DNA of 64,000 bases from an uncultured virus (IMG/VR IMGVR_UViG_3300037067_015069) (lineage: Duplodnaviria; Heunggongvirae; Uroviricota; Caudoviricetes). A model generated the notes under the pieces. It was not told the origin of the DNA. It made no database searches and saw only the letters and a list, made by a program, of their open reading frames with translations. Made by a program: the position numbers and the translations under genes. The DNA lies in the IMG/VR virus record IMGVR_UViG_3300037067_015069, positions 1 to 64,000 of that record; one strand, written 5' to 3'. Below, piece after piece: positions 29,101-37,600 of this stretch (position 1 is its first letter; each line of letters opens with the position of its first letter).

Positions 29101-31632
29101 CCTATGTATGATATCAACATAATGTTCTAAAGGTTTGTTTACTATGGTAGTAGTCTCACCTTGAGTAATGGTTGTTGTTAAATTGAAAAAAACCCCATCA
29201 TCGATTCCGGGAATATCTTGTAGTGGAGGCTGATTCAAAAAAACAAAAGGAAGCCCCCTAACTCCATCAACCAACAGAAAATCTGTTAATCTTTCTTGGC
29301 ATTGAAAATCAGCAATACCAGAAGCACGATCCAAGTTTACAGGACTACGGTATAACCCTAAAGTAACCCCAGAATCCTGATTCCAATTATCTGCACCGCT
29401 AATCGCTAGCCAACCTGGAATAAAACCTAAAGCGGCAGCCCCACTCAGATCCTTAATACCACCAACACCCCAACCAATTTCAACTTGACCCCCCTGCAGC
29501 ATCACATGCCCATTACTTTCCCTGGCATAACCAGTCCCTGTAATCACCGCGTCAATAGAATCGGCAACTTGAGTAGGGGTGAAATAGGTTGCTGTTGGAT
29601 TAGCCCCCATCAGAGCTGTAGGAGTCCAAGTATACGAGATTCCATCTATTGCGAAATATAAAGTCTCATCTCCTGTAAATCTGAAAATGTCTCTAACATT
29701 GGAGTAGAGCCTTCCTAAAATAGTGTAATAGGCTGGGTTGAAACCTGACTGAAGGAAATAAACACCCAAATCCCCAAACAATTCTTTATCTGCTTTACTT
29801 AAAACAACTCTAGACCCAAAATTAGATCTTTCTTTAGCTATGTAAGCAATTCCTTGTGGGATCAGATAATCTGATTCCGGTAAATCAGATTCACTAGTGA
29901 CCGTTTGAATTATGGGTACAGCTCCAGATCTAGAAAACAAAAACGTGTCACTAATGCCGTCATCGATTTGACGGATGCGACCTATATTAGGATCTCCGGT
30001 ATTGGCCCCTCCTGGACGGAGAGCTGCCGCTACTCCAGGGTTTGTTGGTAGGGCCCCGGTACCATCTGGGGTGTCCAAAATTCCAGAAACCCCTAAACCT
30101 GGAAGAGCTGCATAGTCAGGCACGTAAAGTTCCTGTGATTGCGCAGTACCTGGTGCCCCAGTTTGATCCAATAGCTGAATTGACGCACGGCAAGCTTGTG
30201 GGGCACCATTTAAAGCCACCCCGGCATAAATCACATCTTCCCCTAAATAATATTTTGAAAAACCAGAACTTGTAGGATCTGCTTTTGCAGTATCCACAGG
30301 ACTCAATAATACACGCCCCGTGGACAAAGATATATACACAACCCCCTCTATAGGAAGAGGTGAGCTTTCCAAAAGAGAATCTGTTTCTAGTAAAATAGGA
30401 AATAACGGTTTTCTGTTTCCTATTCTTATAAAAGGTCTGTCAGTAGGGCTCGGAATGGGTGCTATAAATAAAGGTTGGTCTCTCGCATCCAAGAGTTTAC
30501 CGACAACCCCATCAGAGGTTGGGGAAAAACCCTTGAAAACATACCAAATTCCTTTCCCAGCATTTTGCTGTACATAACTAGGATTAAATTGAAGTTTGCC
30601 GTTAGTTTGTCCGATTACCGCATTAGAAAGCGGGTCTCTGGAGAAATCAAACACACTTTCCACGTCAGAATCTACAACTACTCGAACTTTATCTACAGGG
30701 GTGCTGTGGTGACTCGGATCTGCACCAAGTCTGATCATAGAGTAACCGTCTGGTATAGAAGAATCCCCAGGCAGATACGAGTTTACAGGAAGATTCTTTA
30801 ACTTAGGGCTAATTTGATAAACGGTATCAAAAAGAAGCGCCCCCAAAGATTGCGGTTTTGATCCCTGATACGGTTCCCATCTTCTAGTTGTACTATTCCA
30901 CCCAAACCTGGTTTCGTATCTATCGTTTCGGGTCCACCAAAAAAGACCAGTTGCGACAGTGTAGCGCACAACCATAATCTGGTCACCACGTTCTAAAGAC
31001 AAACCCCCAGCTAACTGAACTAGCTGTGCTGCGGTAAGGGTTACAAAACCTGATTCTGCAATTTGATTTGCGGTTAAAATCGATAAAACTAAATAAGGAT
31101 TGGTACCAGAACGACCCATACTAATATTATCTGGGTCTACCCAACCATCATCATCATAATCATCTACATCTCCCCGAGCCACTACTAAAGCCTGAATATT
31201 GGAAATACTACGATTCCCACTATCTACCACTACTGCACGATCTGCACCATCCAGAAAATACCCCCAATTTGCAGGAAATACGTCTCCTGCAGGAATGACT
31301 TCAGGAGTAGCATCTACTACTTGAAGATCCCCAGGAGGGATCGTCCCGGATCCTTCTTCCGACCACCAAGCAGAATTATTGACCAAAGCTAACTGAGAAC
31401 TGTTAGCCGCCCAGACCAGATATTCTACAGGAGATGTCCCAGGAGCCTCTAGGATAGCTGCTCGATATTGGTCTGCTGCCGCATCCACGAACACAGGGGC
31501 ATCTGCGAATGTGGTGTAATTTTGGGGCACCGAGCGGACATCTCGAACCACCCCAATCATGGGCTCCCCTGTGTTTAGAGAGTTGCTGGGAGCCAGTAAG
31601 GGGCTACGAAGTACCTTTCCCGTAATTTCCAT
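20101..31632 (-). CDS. Giant virion structural protein (3843 aa), probably baseplate/tail-associated
   Basis: 11.5 kb uninterrupted ORF between spike and wedge genes; beta-rich repeated modules; no catalytic motif recognised. Confidence 0.7.
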   Translation of the reverse strand: MEITGKVLRSPLLAPSNSLNTGEPMIGVVRDVRSVPQNYTTFADAPVFVDAAADQYRAAILEAPGTSPVEYLVWAANSSQLALVNNSAWWSEEGSGTIPPGDLQVVDATPEVIPAGDVFPANWGYFLDGADRAVVVDSGNRSISNIQALVVARGDVDDYDDDGWVDPDNISMGRSGTNPYLVLSILTANQIAESGFVTLTAAQLVQLAGGLSLERGDQIMVVRYTVATGLFWWTRNDRYETRFGWNSTTRRWEPYQGSKPQSLGALLFDTVYQISPKLKNLPVNSYLPGDSSIPDGYSMIRLGADPSHHSTPVDKVRVVVDSDVESVFDFSRDPLSNAVIGQTNGKLQFNPSYVQQNAGKGIWYVFKGFSPTSDGVVGKLLDARDQPLFIAPIPSPTDRPFIRIGNRKPLFPILLETDSLLESSPLPIEGVVYISLSTGRVLLSPVDTAKADPTSSGFSKYYLGEDVIYAGVALNGAPQACRASIQLLDQTGAPGTAQSQELYVPDYAALPGLGVSGILDTPDGTGALPTNPGVAAALRPGGANTGDPNIGRIRQIDDGISDTFLFSRSGAVPIIQTVTSESDLPESDYLIPQGIAYIAKERSNFGSRVVLSKADKELFGDLGVYFLQSGFNPAYYTILGRLYSNVRDIFRFTGDETLYFAIDGISYTWTPTALMGANPTATYFTPTQVADSIDAVITGTGYARESNGHVMLQGGQVEIGWGVGGIKDLSGAAALGFIPGWLAISGADNWNQDSGVTLGLYRSPVNLDRASGIADFQCQERLTDFLLVDGVRGLPFVFLNQPPLQDIPGIDDGVFFNLTTTITQGETTTIVNKPLEHYVDIIHRFGQNKFDWVERDLQETELLTATATLPLGHLGIVPESMLGAPDIGGGLYISEDGGANSFQTQDIDYILPQDGISGNAVLIERFGAKLFSGANGVTTAGSGTFTDTDIDFSSVTAGCRLKLTSGDETGSYIVQSAAGSTVVVSPSFIYTSTQKITWELYAGYPDSVYDPALVADQNYKEFNHLQTEPFVVKVLSYAGTVGGSTALKASVEGAVKSGRVLALRFGLAHANSGNVAILATLTQTTLGTLANNVLVVPNTGSLRFSTGSFSIKIGTTKFMPVGVASFSANPVGVEYLTVDGAYAKGTLRFNSSLISTYVSATVSYVEEFFSAALLSLGQAELDPNTGEINLSQDDLTNHSGAKCYFVEQLITEERKDVSISPLSGSFSPNNPLPAGSVVEVSYWAANLEGRKIGDQITEFLPVFVRDELSIRQKQNTYLFNSAFLYTVDQTIEPIVYIGPTMQNFGSLDYVVDYPSDLNGQGRITFISKVVADYLPVTVTYAVYETTGGERSFETSQKPVYRPPFYITANQSRFGLRGDRVFEFQLGQLLRLGSECFYVKSLKYYSAEDVTSVGVFPPTVTEVGSRAPGNDVISFISANPITTVVDPDGYPVVTTAPTGFMSVIDTSIFPFDPVTKGQKTIVFRGNLTQFAIPGHILEVGGCPFTIATAELNEDGSRTKITLTSGFQSEYRVPSTVKLSYRPIYPPNSREFLGGGSVLDTEPFELVLYPTFGPGRTLVANVEYSLDASNGQVKLLSPVQEVLGAGEKLALASFTKLKMLQPFLQDGIIATPRVAADYLYNTIPSEQNGLLDSQVTATYTFANPDTFYFRALTLRSYLGEAAQEAVAEIQAKQPVGGPINVSAEGLDNWDQGRVGLKGERKNLLDKDRAARVFLGFYNDTVIGFEQVLETITGKFIGDRDGKFRFWRGFGKDYPTPGFEDDISGLLTARNVWSDVLNDQNPSLAIYAQLGDWIVTPETALVVDSVVSGELPNSSILEKLSKIQGALIKNDVDDIVLVRLGKPTTETLSYYPWFKFRAQGTYRKMGEQHKLSRLFPTVTKAFFRVGPGAGSDEDSGDAGVYTAGRVIDGEMQRTSGTQIGQIANPALGDITQIGSVELQKRLARGRVWGYYPNGIPAGVFSSGLSPAITDPCLIVFPVELSRVTVNPATGFPDDAQLLSQGGSLPDATTGDPEMSVPGFLQYDQICWGQPDGKVYPSYDGGSPVTVAGIPTYLSIFVNQVLYGCVVTFYSAPVPVVWPAPPAPWIALTDPDNVLVGTATGVGVRADYFPIIQGDTLFAVPKTGDRNPASLPDPPEYESIEDAANSNGSFRIGFDVKVTSEGEVIDATLPSFADPSPLGLKETLGQSPPLPLSTLEGEVCFSYPYQNPFGNPALLGLPQDDSGDYQIPYLRTGNTEKERFDQASVGLIEIMTTLDSIGGYQYPDEFVGTDGDISITEGFFPATLTSSIDVRPVSHGSTDVGIGDLSRYDLLLVKTETGNGSFTTGLGPIQGPQGIQSVGTYYSGIGNSSRIETPRFVTATKAPGAASTITGDTLRYSFINAMSYVQGAYEAQPQLNPGNQHGIYITENLAAGLTILDFDDVVGNTAVILNDGQTIATGNFNDIINGLLPNNHLIIKIIARRDTDITTGPAGPNPLPSSGAGGQIALTMDIQANQVSLLDYQGNFYGPFALVVDPTFGTHFPVLAPVINNRQIYINATGIIPFLAAPGTENHWFLPYAVIDSGLPTQIQYTLYGLEWAFDVRADLMGGQSSTGWIDQDRLTFNDLYDLSWAKKRGYVHPQSGISLESRLQITETIVGHHPAGMSTTSRSTINNLCNGTRTLGPVAIIGVSVIFGDFTVAGDWTDSFIVGDTITVANSTGNDGSYTVNACRRSGFDTEVYVNEPVLSGVADGDISWTTADPFTFVPRLDDHTIGDWSVRTGLQTERGSVRVMGFEGFNNTPIETTADVTFSAIPSTAYDETGLICVGDGLTSSQFNSDLPPEQIGKWDNRVANLILGVGDEDRVVPGDLLVIKTSTDSNHPATVHAGTYVVRHSVKPSPGLQYKLVAPSTTAGTEEGWCPVHFPKVVSFDSATNELIITDLAPARGGVLVGGTLCGFTTLYASNPRIYIIRNVSGLASIHETVWRYSVLSAAYTLIQCPGPGPEGYFTLTDYRDAFGTALTASQFSSYVSSGGYEVSGMRYLPVKVSGSEYGLPANNCVGYDSDSEGIPPFPNYAQYGFRWVQFESPTGGTSAVFDGDFPVGAGYYPLRKVGVLQDTLTLVVDAVLESSNQFVTETDTPIYPWIVHTLNLNTLSVAPSTLWASVNIPAAAWGFGSNQVKCLLPGTVLRLENPLAAPLDTEGFQAQAGIFLEPSVPRSSLNLDVGYQRLVDATHNLPDPGLAAHDRDREIGMRDVREYDIQGTTFAEPDAVSFEIRRIRRWHNTNTTAQEIRPLQFAYEIRRGRITSYLADTQQRGVVTASGFTMNWESTKPPTAPWSPDVWNDGGVYTGTNLGIFTDSEVNIHTGDSFRLLDANGDLLEEVEIQSVLGPDQIRLAPPGLQTSSLTGMRFEIYLKQAPVPHEQSYGQLLYLMSDLEVTRTVPDWATGKGGYTPEVGIAPVGPSYSACVNNLYDDLNAAGGTATFAALGVRKGDILIVDPSPTIPQVGGLPATSEKGFYPIGDIGVAPRGAPIYAAGKPSLLDDNRGFYRVTQVVSSPTPHLLVQPVNTFAGSYDAPVIFDSSDVTRAYAVYPTVSDSALKQAPFIDPGNHDEGQMDLRPTKIRDAGTKSFKTGNLGHSMRPFGYSIIRPSPLFSDEAIDLILMGRERVLSLIQMLRGLLSKDSTYFIFQRDEHCADLGDPLDPGVGLGVMSNPYLGFVLGKVDTVPFANNGGCLSFLDRRFWIFDERLDNLTWDGAAGMKLLGPGETPYTAYSDTTGGGSGVRPMLTERIDEVLNCTDRFRPIRYIWLAYRTHKILGTLASIARYDLELPERLVEQKANLLLQKSLENVE

Positions 31633-32226
31633 TTACAACACCACCGAAGCTGTAACACCCACTGTAGGAACTGGGGGAACCGTAGGAGTTCCGATCACAG
31701 TCCCTATACCTGTACCGCTCAAAAGCAAATTAGCGATTCCAGTCCCCAAACCGACAGAAAGCATCTTCAATGAAGGACCGAAACCCAAAACAGAAAAACT
31801 CTGTTGTAAGATACCAATCAAAGTTAAAGAATTAGCTATAACAACCTTGGAAACATCTACCCCAGCTCCAACACTAGGGGACAGCCCCGAATACTGACCG
31901 TAAATAGAAAAAGCTTGAGAAACTCCAAGAGTTACTACAATTGCCAGATTAGTAGATACGGGGCCAGCCGCTCCAGCACCAATCAAAGAACTCTGAATGA
32001 TTGACACAGTAGGAGGAACCGTTAATCTTGTAGTAACAGGAACGACTGCCCCAACTCCAGTAACTCCAGTTGCCAAACCCGAGAGAGCTAGGTTTTGAGG
32101 CTGCCCGATAGCCCATGCACAAACACCCGTAGACAAACCTAGTGCAAAAGGTTCAAAATTAGGACCGTTAAAAATAGTCCTGTTAGCCGCCAAAGTTTGA
32201 TATATAAAGGTCGGGTTAAGCATCAT
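31633..32226 (-). CDS. Gly/hydrophobic-rich protein downstream of the spike (possible spike-tip or spike-associated protein)
   Basis: ORF track gives 31633..32307; likely start is the ATGATG overlapping the spike TGA; almost no charged residues. Confidence 0.55.
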   Translation of the reverse strand: MMLNPTFIYQTLAANRTIFNGPNFEPFALGLSTGVCAWAIGQPQNLALSGLATGVTGVGAVVPVTTRLTVPPTVSIIQSSLIGAGAAGPVSTNLAIVVTLGVSQAFSIYGQYSGLSPSVGAGVDVSKVVIANSLTLIGILQQSFSVLGFGPSLKMLSVGLGTGIANLLLSGTGIGTVIGTPTVPPVPTVGVTASVVL

Positions 32227-34628
32227 ACTCCAATTAGATGACCCTTCGCACCGCAACCCCAAGTTCCGAAGGGTAATCCGGTTAGTGGCTCTAAAGTTCC
32301 GGAACACAGTATAGGTCCCATGTCTGTACCGAAAAGAGGACCCCCCAAATAAACCCCTGCTGTCCCACGTACGGTAGCCACGCCCCCAGTAGAAATTAAA
32401 CTGGCGGCAGCTAAACCTGTCATGGTAGCCACTCCTGCTACCGCAGTCAAGGTTACCGCGCCCGCCGCGGCTGTGCCCGTAATACCCGCGGCACTAAGGT
32501 TTAGCTGGCTAGTGGTTGCACGCGCGGTCCAAATACCCAAGGCTGTTTCATAGGTAAGGTTTCCAATCAGAACCGAGGTTTTATGATTCCCTAATAGAAA
32601 TAAATCTTCTCGATCTCCCATAACAAAGGTAGTTTTCTCACAAACAATACCAGGATATAAAGGAGCAAAAGTAACATCTTTTAAAGGAGCATTCGTAGGT
32701 AGTCCGTATTTTGGGCCCCCATAAGACTCCTGTGCTTTTCCATTTACTTGTAGCTGGTAATTTTCTGAACTGATAGTAGCCTTTTTTACACCATCTATAG
32801 ATACTGAATCGTGACCGACAACACTAACAGTAGAAGCATCTGTTTCTACCGTGCTAGCTTTTAACTGTATTTTTCTACCGCCCTTGATACGAACATTGGT
32901 TTTAGCCTCAATATCTACTGCAGGGAGATCCCCCTCATTTCCATTAAATCTTTCAACAGGTGCAGATTGATCCTTCAAAGGCCCCCCACCATAAATACGC
33001 ACAGGGCCCTCTGCGGCAGTTAGATTCAAGCTAGATTTACTAAGAGTGCCAAATTCCACATGCCCATTCATTAGCATCTGGAATTTACCGCCAACCCCTA
33101 ATTTCAAACCCCCATGCAAGTAAACCTCTGCAGAATTCTCCTTAGCATTTCCCCCGATAGAAGCTCTGAGTTGTCCTTGTTTATTGACCCCCCAGAAAGT
33201 TCCTGCCCCAGAGACCGAAAGAGGGGGAGTCAGACTAAATAAAGAAGCTAGCTGATCCTTCAGTGGAGTAGGGTTTACCCCTAATCCTTCCGGAACCATC
33301 ATTGCAGGCTCTAATCTTGGAACTGGTTGGTCCCCGTCAAAAATGGTTGCCCGAAGGGGGAGACCATATTCTCGTTTTCCTTTTTGGCTATAGGGATCGT
33401 TTCCAACTACGCTACCAAGAACCCACTGCAAGAAAGGCGTGTTGTTGCCTGCCGATTGATTGGCATTTTGCTTAGGCAACCTCTCCGCATCAAAACCATC
33501 TGTTTGTTCAGTTACAGGCAGCCTTCCGTCTGAGGTATGTGTCAATTCTATTCGATATTCGGTAAGGGTAGGCTGATCTGAATCCAGAACTGCATTTTTG
33601 GTACTTTGGGAAGCAACCCTATAGATAGCTTTCCCCCCATAGATAGCATCTGCTTTCCATCTGTTATCTACAACATAACCAGACTCATCAATAAAACCCC
33701 CTCTCCTCAAAAAATTATAAGGATCTATTTCTGGATTGGTTACTATTAACGGTCGGCTCAGATAGCCTTCCTCAGCGGTAGCAGCAACCCGAGCCAAAGC
33801 CTCAGCAGGGGTCAGAAAACCTTCTTGAACTCTTGGGTCTGCAGGTAATCCCCGACTATTCAGAGGAACCCCTAAAACGGTTTGCTGGAGGCTGTCCCAT
33901 TCTTTCCCATCTGAAACCATAGTAGGGGACAAGAAGGTCGCATCACGCTGAACCATCCCAGCATAAATTCGAGTCCCCGCCATAGCATGAAACTGCTGCA
34001 AAGATCGAAAAATTGTTGCTTGATCTTGATCACGTAACCGGATTTCATTCCCTCTCCGGTTTGTAAGTAAAACACTTTCATCTAGTACTAGATCTGCACC
34101 TTGCGCAGAACTAGCTACGATATTCCCAGGATGCATGTGCCGTAGCTTATGCCGGATCCTATCATGTGCCCCAACCATTTGAGACCGATCCCGAGGAACG
34201 TCTAAATCAAATTCATCCAGCTCAAACCCTACTGTGGTAGCCCAATCCCTAGCAGGCCAAATTCCAGGAAGCATCCAACTTAAAATGATAGGGGTTTTAG
34301 TCCCCCGACTTTCTTGTCTCAACCAACCAATAATGCAAAAATCTCCCACCATAGGAAGAGACCCTAAAAACTGCCTGTTACCTGCTCCCGGAAAAGTTAA
34401 AGGAACCGGAACTCTCTCAAAAGTTTGTGAAGACCCTAACAGAGTTCGTAAAGTTACAAACATCTCTTCATAATTTACATTAACAACTTTAGCAATACCT
34501 AAAGTTTGATTTAAATCTGGATTGGTGCGATCTATATCTTGCTTTAGTTTAGCAGGATCAGTTTGCATAGCCCCGACAGACAAACTGGTCAAGGCAGAAA
34601 CTGGCCGTCGGTTAGTAATGGTATTCAT
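32223..34628 (-). CDS. Baseplate central spike (gp5/gpV/VgrG-like; OB-fold plus beta-helix)
   Basis: N-terminal GIAKVVNVNYEE...GSLPMVGDFCIIGW OB-fold pattern; C-terminal alternating beta-strand repeats; directly after the hub gene. Confidence 0.75.
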   Translation of the reverse strand: MNTITNRRPVSALTSLSVGAMQTDPAKLKQDIDRTNPDLNQTLGIAKVVNVNYEEMFVTLRTLLGSSQTFERVPVPLTFPGAGNRQFLGSLPMVGDFCIIGWLRQESRGTKTPIILSWMLPGIWPARDWATTVGFELDEFDLDVPRDRSQMVGAHDRIRHKLRHMHPGNIVASSAQGADLVLDESVLLTNRRGNEIRLRDQDQATIFRSLQQFHAMAGTRIYAGMVQRDATFLSPTMVSDGKEWDSLQQTVLGVPLNSRGLPADPRVQEGFLTPAEALARVAATAEEGYLSRPLIVTNPEIDPYNFLRRGGFIDESGYVVDNRWKADAIYGGKAIYRVASQSTKNAVLDSDQPTLTEYRIELTHTSDGRLPVTEQTDGFDAERLPKQNANQSAGNNTPFLQWVLGSVVGNDPYSQKGKREYGLPLRATIFDGDQPVPRLEPAMMVPEGLGVNPTPLKDQLASLFSLTPPLSVSGAGTFWGVNKQGQLRASIGGNAKENSAEVYLHGGLKLGVGGKFQMLMNGHVEFGTLSKSSLNLTAAEGPVRIYGGGPLKDQSAPVERFNGNEGDLPAVDIEAKTNVRIKGGRKIQLKASTVETDASTVSVVGHDSVSIDGVKKATISSENYQLQVNGKAQESYGGPKYGLPTNAPLKDVTFAPLYPGIVCEKTTFVMGDREDLFLLGNHKTSVLIGNLTYETALGIWTARATTSQLNLSAAGITGTAAAGAVTLTAVAGVATMTGLAAASLISTGGVATVRGTAGVYLGGPLFGTDMGPILCSGTLEPLTGLPFGTWGCGAKGHLIGV

Positions 34629-37600
34629 TCAGTCTCACCTAAGTTGTCTACCTGTAGCAATAAAGTTCGTTTTCGTTCTTCTAACTGCCTCGACAATTCC
34701 GCAAAAGAATCAGAAGCCCCTTGGAACGCGGGCACTAGAAAACTTCCTTGTTGGTCAGGCATAGAACCTCGCATTGCATCCTGACTGACTTTCCAACTAA
34801 GAGATGCTTGTGCCGCACTTGAAATAAGCCACTGTGTGGTCTGATCCAAATTATTAGGAGATTCCACCCTAGGGGTTGCTGCCCCAGGCTGTATAAATTG
34901 TACAAAATTTTGCTGACCCGCCACATCCAATAGAATACCCGCTTCTGCGGCTTTACAATTACAGACTGATTTGTTCATAGTAGAAGCCAAATCTCCTAAA
35001 GAATAGCCAGCATTTATCAATGGAAGCTTATGTATTCCTTCTTTTCCTTTATCAGAAAACCAGTTAGACAGATTTATTTCTAATACGTTAGGGTCTTTAC
35101 CAGGCTTGGCTAAATCCAAAGATATAATCTGAGAGTCACTCATATGTTCCCGTAGAGAAGAAAGCATTTTCTTTTCAAGATAGGTATTAGCCTCTGCCCC
35201 AGCCAAAGGCATTCTTCTATACCTAACCGGATTAGATCCAGGTACTTCCTGATCTACATAAATTACTTCCTTCTTTATCACTGCCTTTACAACATCTTCC
35301 ACAGTTTTGCGATCTAGCATAGATAAAGGATCTTGATTATGTAAGGTATCAATTGCTCCATCTGGATCAATATCCACATCCCTACCATATCGAAGAGACC
35401 CAACCACCTCATACCCTTGAGCATCCGACACGGGAAACACTACAGTAGAAGTTTCCCCTAAAACTGCTGCTTCTACAGCTTCTTTTTCTTTTACCCCCCG
35501 CTTTCCTGAAGAAGTATACGTTGCTGAGATAGCCTCATTAAATGCGGATTGGACTTTATTGAGTTGGGGTTGCTTTAAACCATTACCCCTAGCTCTAGCT
35601 AACCACAAATCCCTAGATTTCAAAATCTGTTGCAGTACCGCATCAGCATAGCTTACTGATACAAATTTCCAAAAACTAGGAATTCTACAATTTTGGGCAT
35701 TTGCAAAAGAAGCTTGGATTCCAGAAGAACCTGAAAACTTATAGGTTGTCCCTATCGGCACAGTTACAGAGAAACTGAAATCTTTTATCTTAACTGAAGT
35801 GGGATCAGTTAAAGAACTAAAAGTCGGTACCTTAGTCTGGTTTGCGGAATCTAGAACTTCTTTGGCTACCCCCGCGGCTTGTTGGACATTAGCTGAAGCT
35901 TGTGCCATCCACGGACGCATGGCTTCTGAAATGGTAGACGTATTTGAAGGGTTCCCTACTTTAGCTAATGCCGACTGTTCGAACGCATTTTGAAAAGCCG
36001 CTCCTAAATCCGATACCTGCACTATGGGTTTAGTATCTGCTTTCTTAGATTTTAATTTTGTCTTTATGGGAATAAAAGACATTTCTTTTATTTCGCTAGT
36101 GGGTAGTATTTCCCCATTAGGAAAATCAGGGTTGCTGGTGTAAACCCGAATTCCTCTGGTAGGCTTCATTTTAACTAACTGAGCTTCTGGGGGGTTTGAC
36201 CCATAGTACATCTGAGGAGTCAGAGTAAACCCATCAACTTCTTGATCTTTGTAAAGTCCTTCTAATAAAGAATCCTCATAATGCAGTTTTGGACCTGAGC
36301 CAGTTGTATTGATCGTTAAACTGAGCATCCCTTGTTGATCTGGATTGGGGTGCGAGGCTGAGTAGTATCTATAGCTACCTGGGATTGCCCCATTTGTAAA
36401 GATAGCCTTTTTGTTGGATAAAAGATCCAAAATAACCGCGGTTGAGTTAGGGTCCCCCACGTTAGACCCTGGTTGCCGAGTCTTATAGAAACCTGCCCCA
36501 GTTCTACGAATAAGCTGCATGAGAAAAGATAATCCATCCGAAGTGTCTGCGGTAAGGGCACTTTCGAAAGCAGCTTCTTCCTGAGTTACCTGAGCCCCCA
36601 ATTTTTGAATTTGATTTTGCAAATCCAAAATAATTGCGGATTCTGCCTTGATCTGAGCCTCATCCTTCACCTTATCTAACTGTAATCTCACACTTAGGGC
36701 TTGCCCAAGCTGTTGGGACAATTCTGTAATCTTTGCTTGGGTTGCATTTCTAGAAGTACCTAAAGCCCCCAATTTCTGACTGTATTTTTCTGCTAAGACT
36801 GGAAGAGAGAAAGCATTTGTGGCCCCCTCGGGTTTGGCATCCAAGTAAAACGTAATATCCCGTTGACTATCCGCTGCCATGGTATACGTTGTGCTGGGTT
36901 GACCAGACGCATCCGGAATATTTTTCAATACCCCAAACATGACCGCCATACTCAACAAACTTTGCAAAGCTTCTGGGGTATTCAAATTTTCAATATCGTT
37001 ACCTGCAACCAAAAAGGCTGGGTTTATCTGTGTGGGATCTAACGCCATAACTACATTAGGGAACCCTGCTAACCTAGGTCGGCCAGCTTCATCCAAAACT
37101 TCTAGCGGATGTTCTGGTAAAGCGGTGTAATTTAAATGGATCGCCTCAATCCCTGATTTCCCAACTTCTCCAGGAGCATAAAACTTAGCCCGGCGTGCTA
37201 TTAGCTGTAAGGTAGTAGTGCATTGCCCACCAACACTAAAAGAATGGCTAAACCCAGGGCAGTAATAATAGCAATCTAAATATGGGATATACACGGGATA
37301 TCCAGGTCTAATTTCTGGTCTGCCTGGAATATTAACCGTAGCTTTCCTGGAGGGCGCGTTTAAAATATCCAAACGGTTTACTGCAGCATAATAAACTGCT
37401 TTAGGATCAGTCAGATAGGAAGTTTCAAAATCAGCAGGTCTCCACCCATACTGTGCCACTAACCTGTAATCAATATACTGTCCTTGAACTCCCCATTCAT
37501 TTTCGATACCAGTTCCCTGGACATTTTCTATAAAAGACCCTTTCCCTGTAATGTAGGTGGCTTGAGGCTCCTGCTCGTCAAAACTGATCGAGATGATGTC

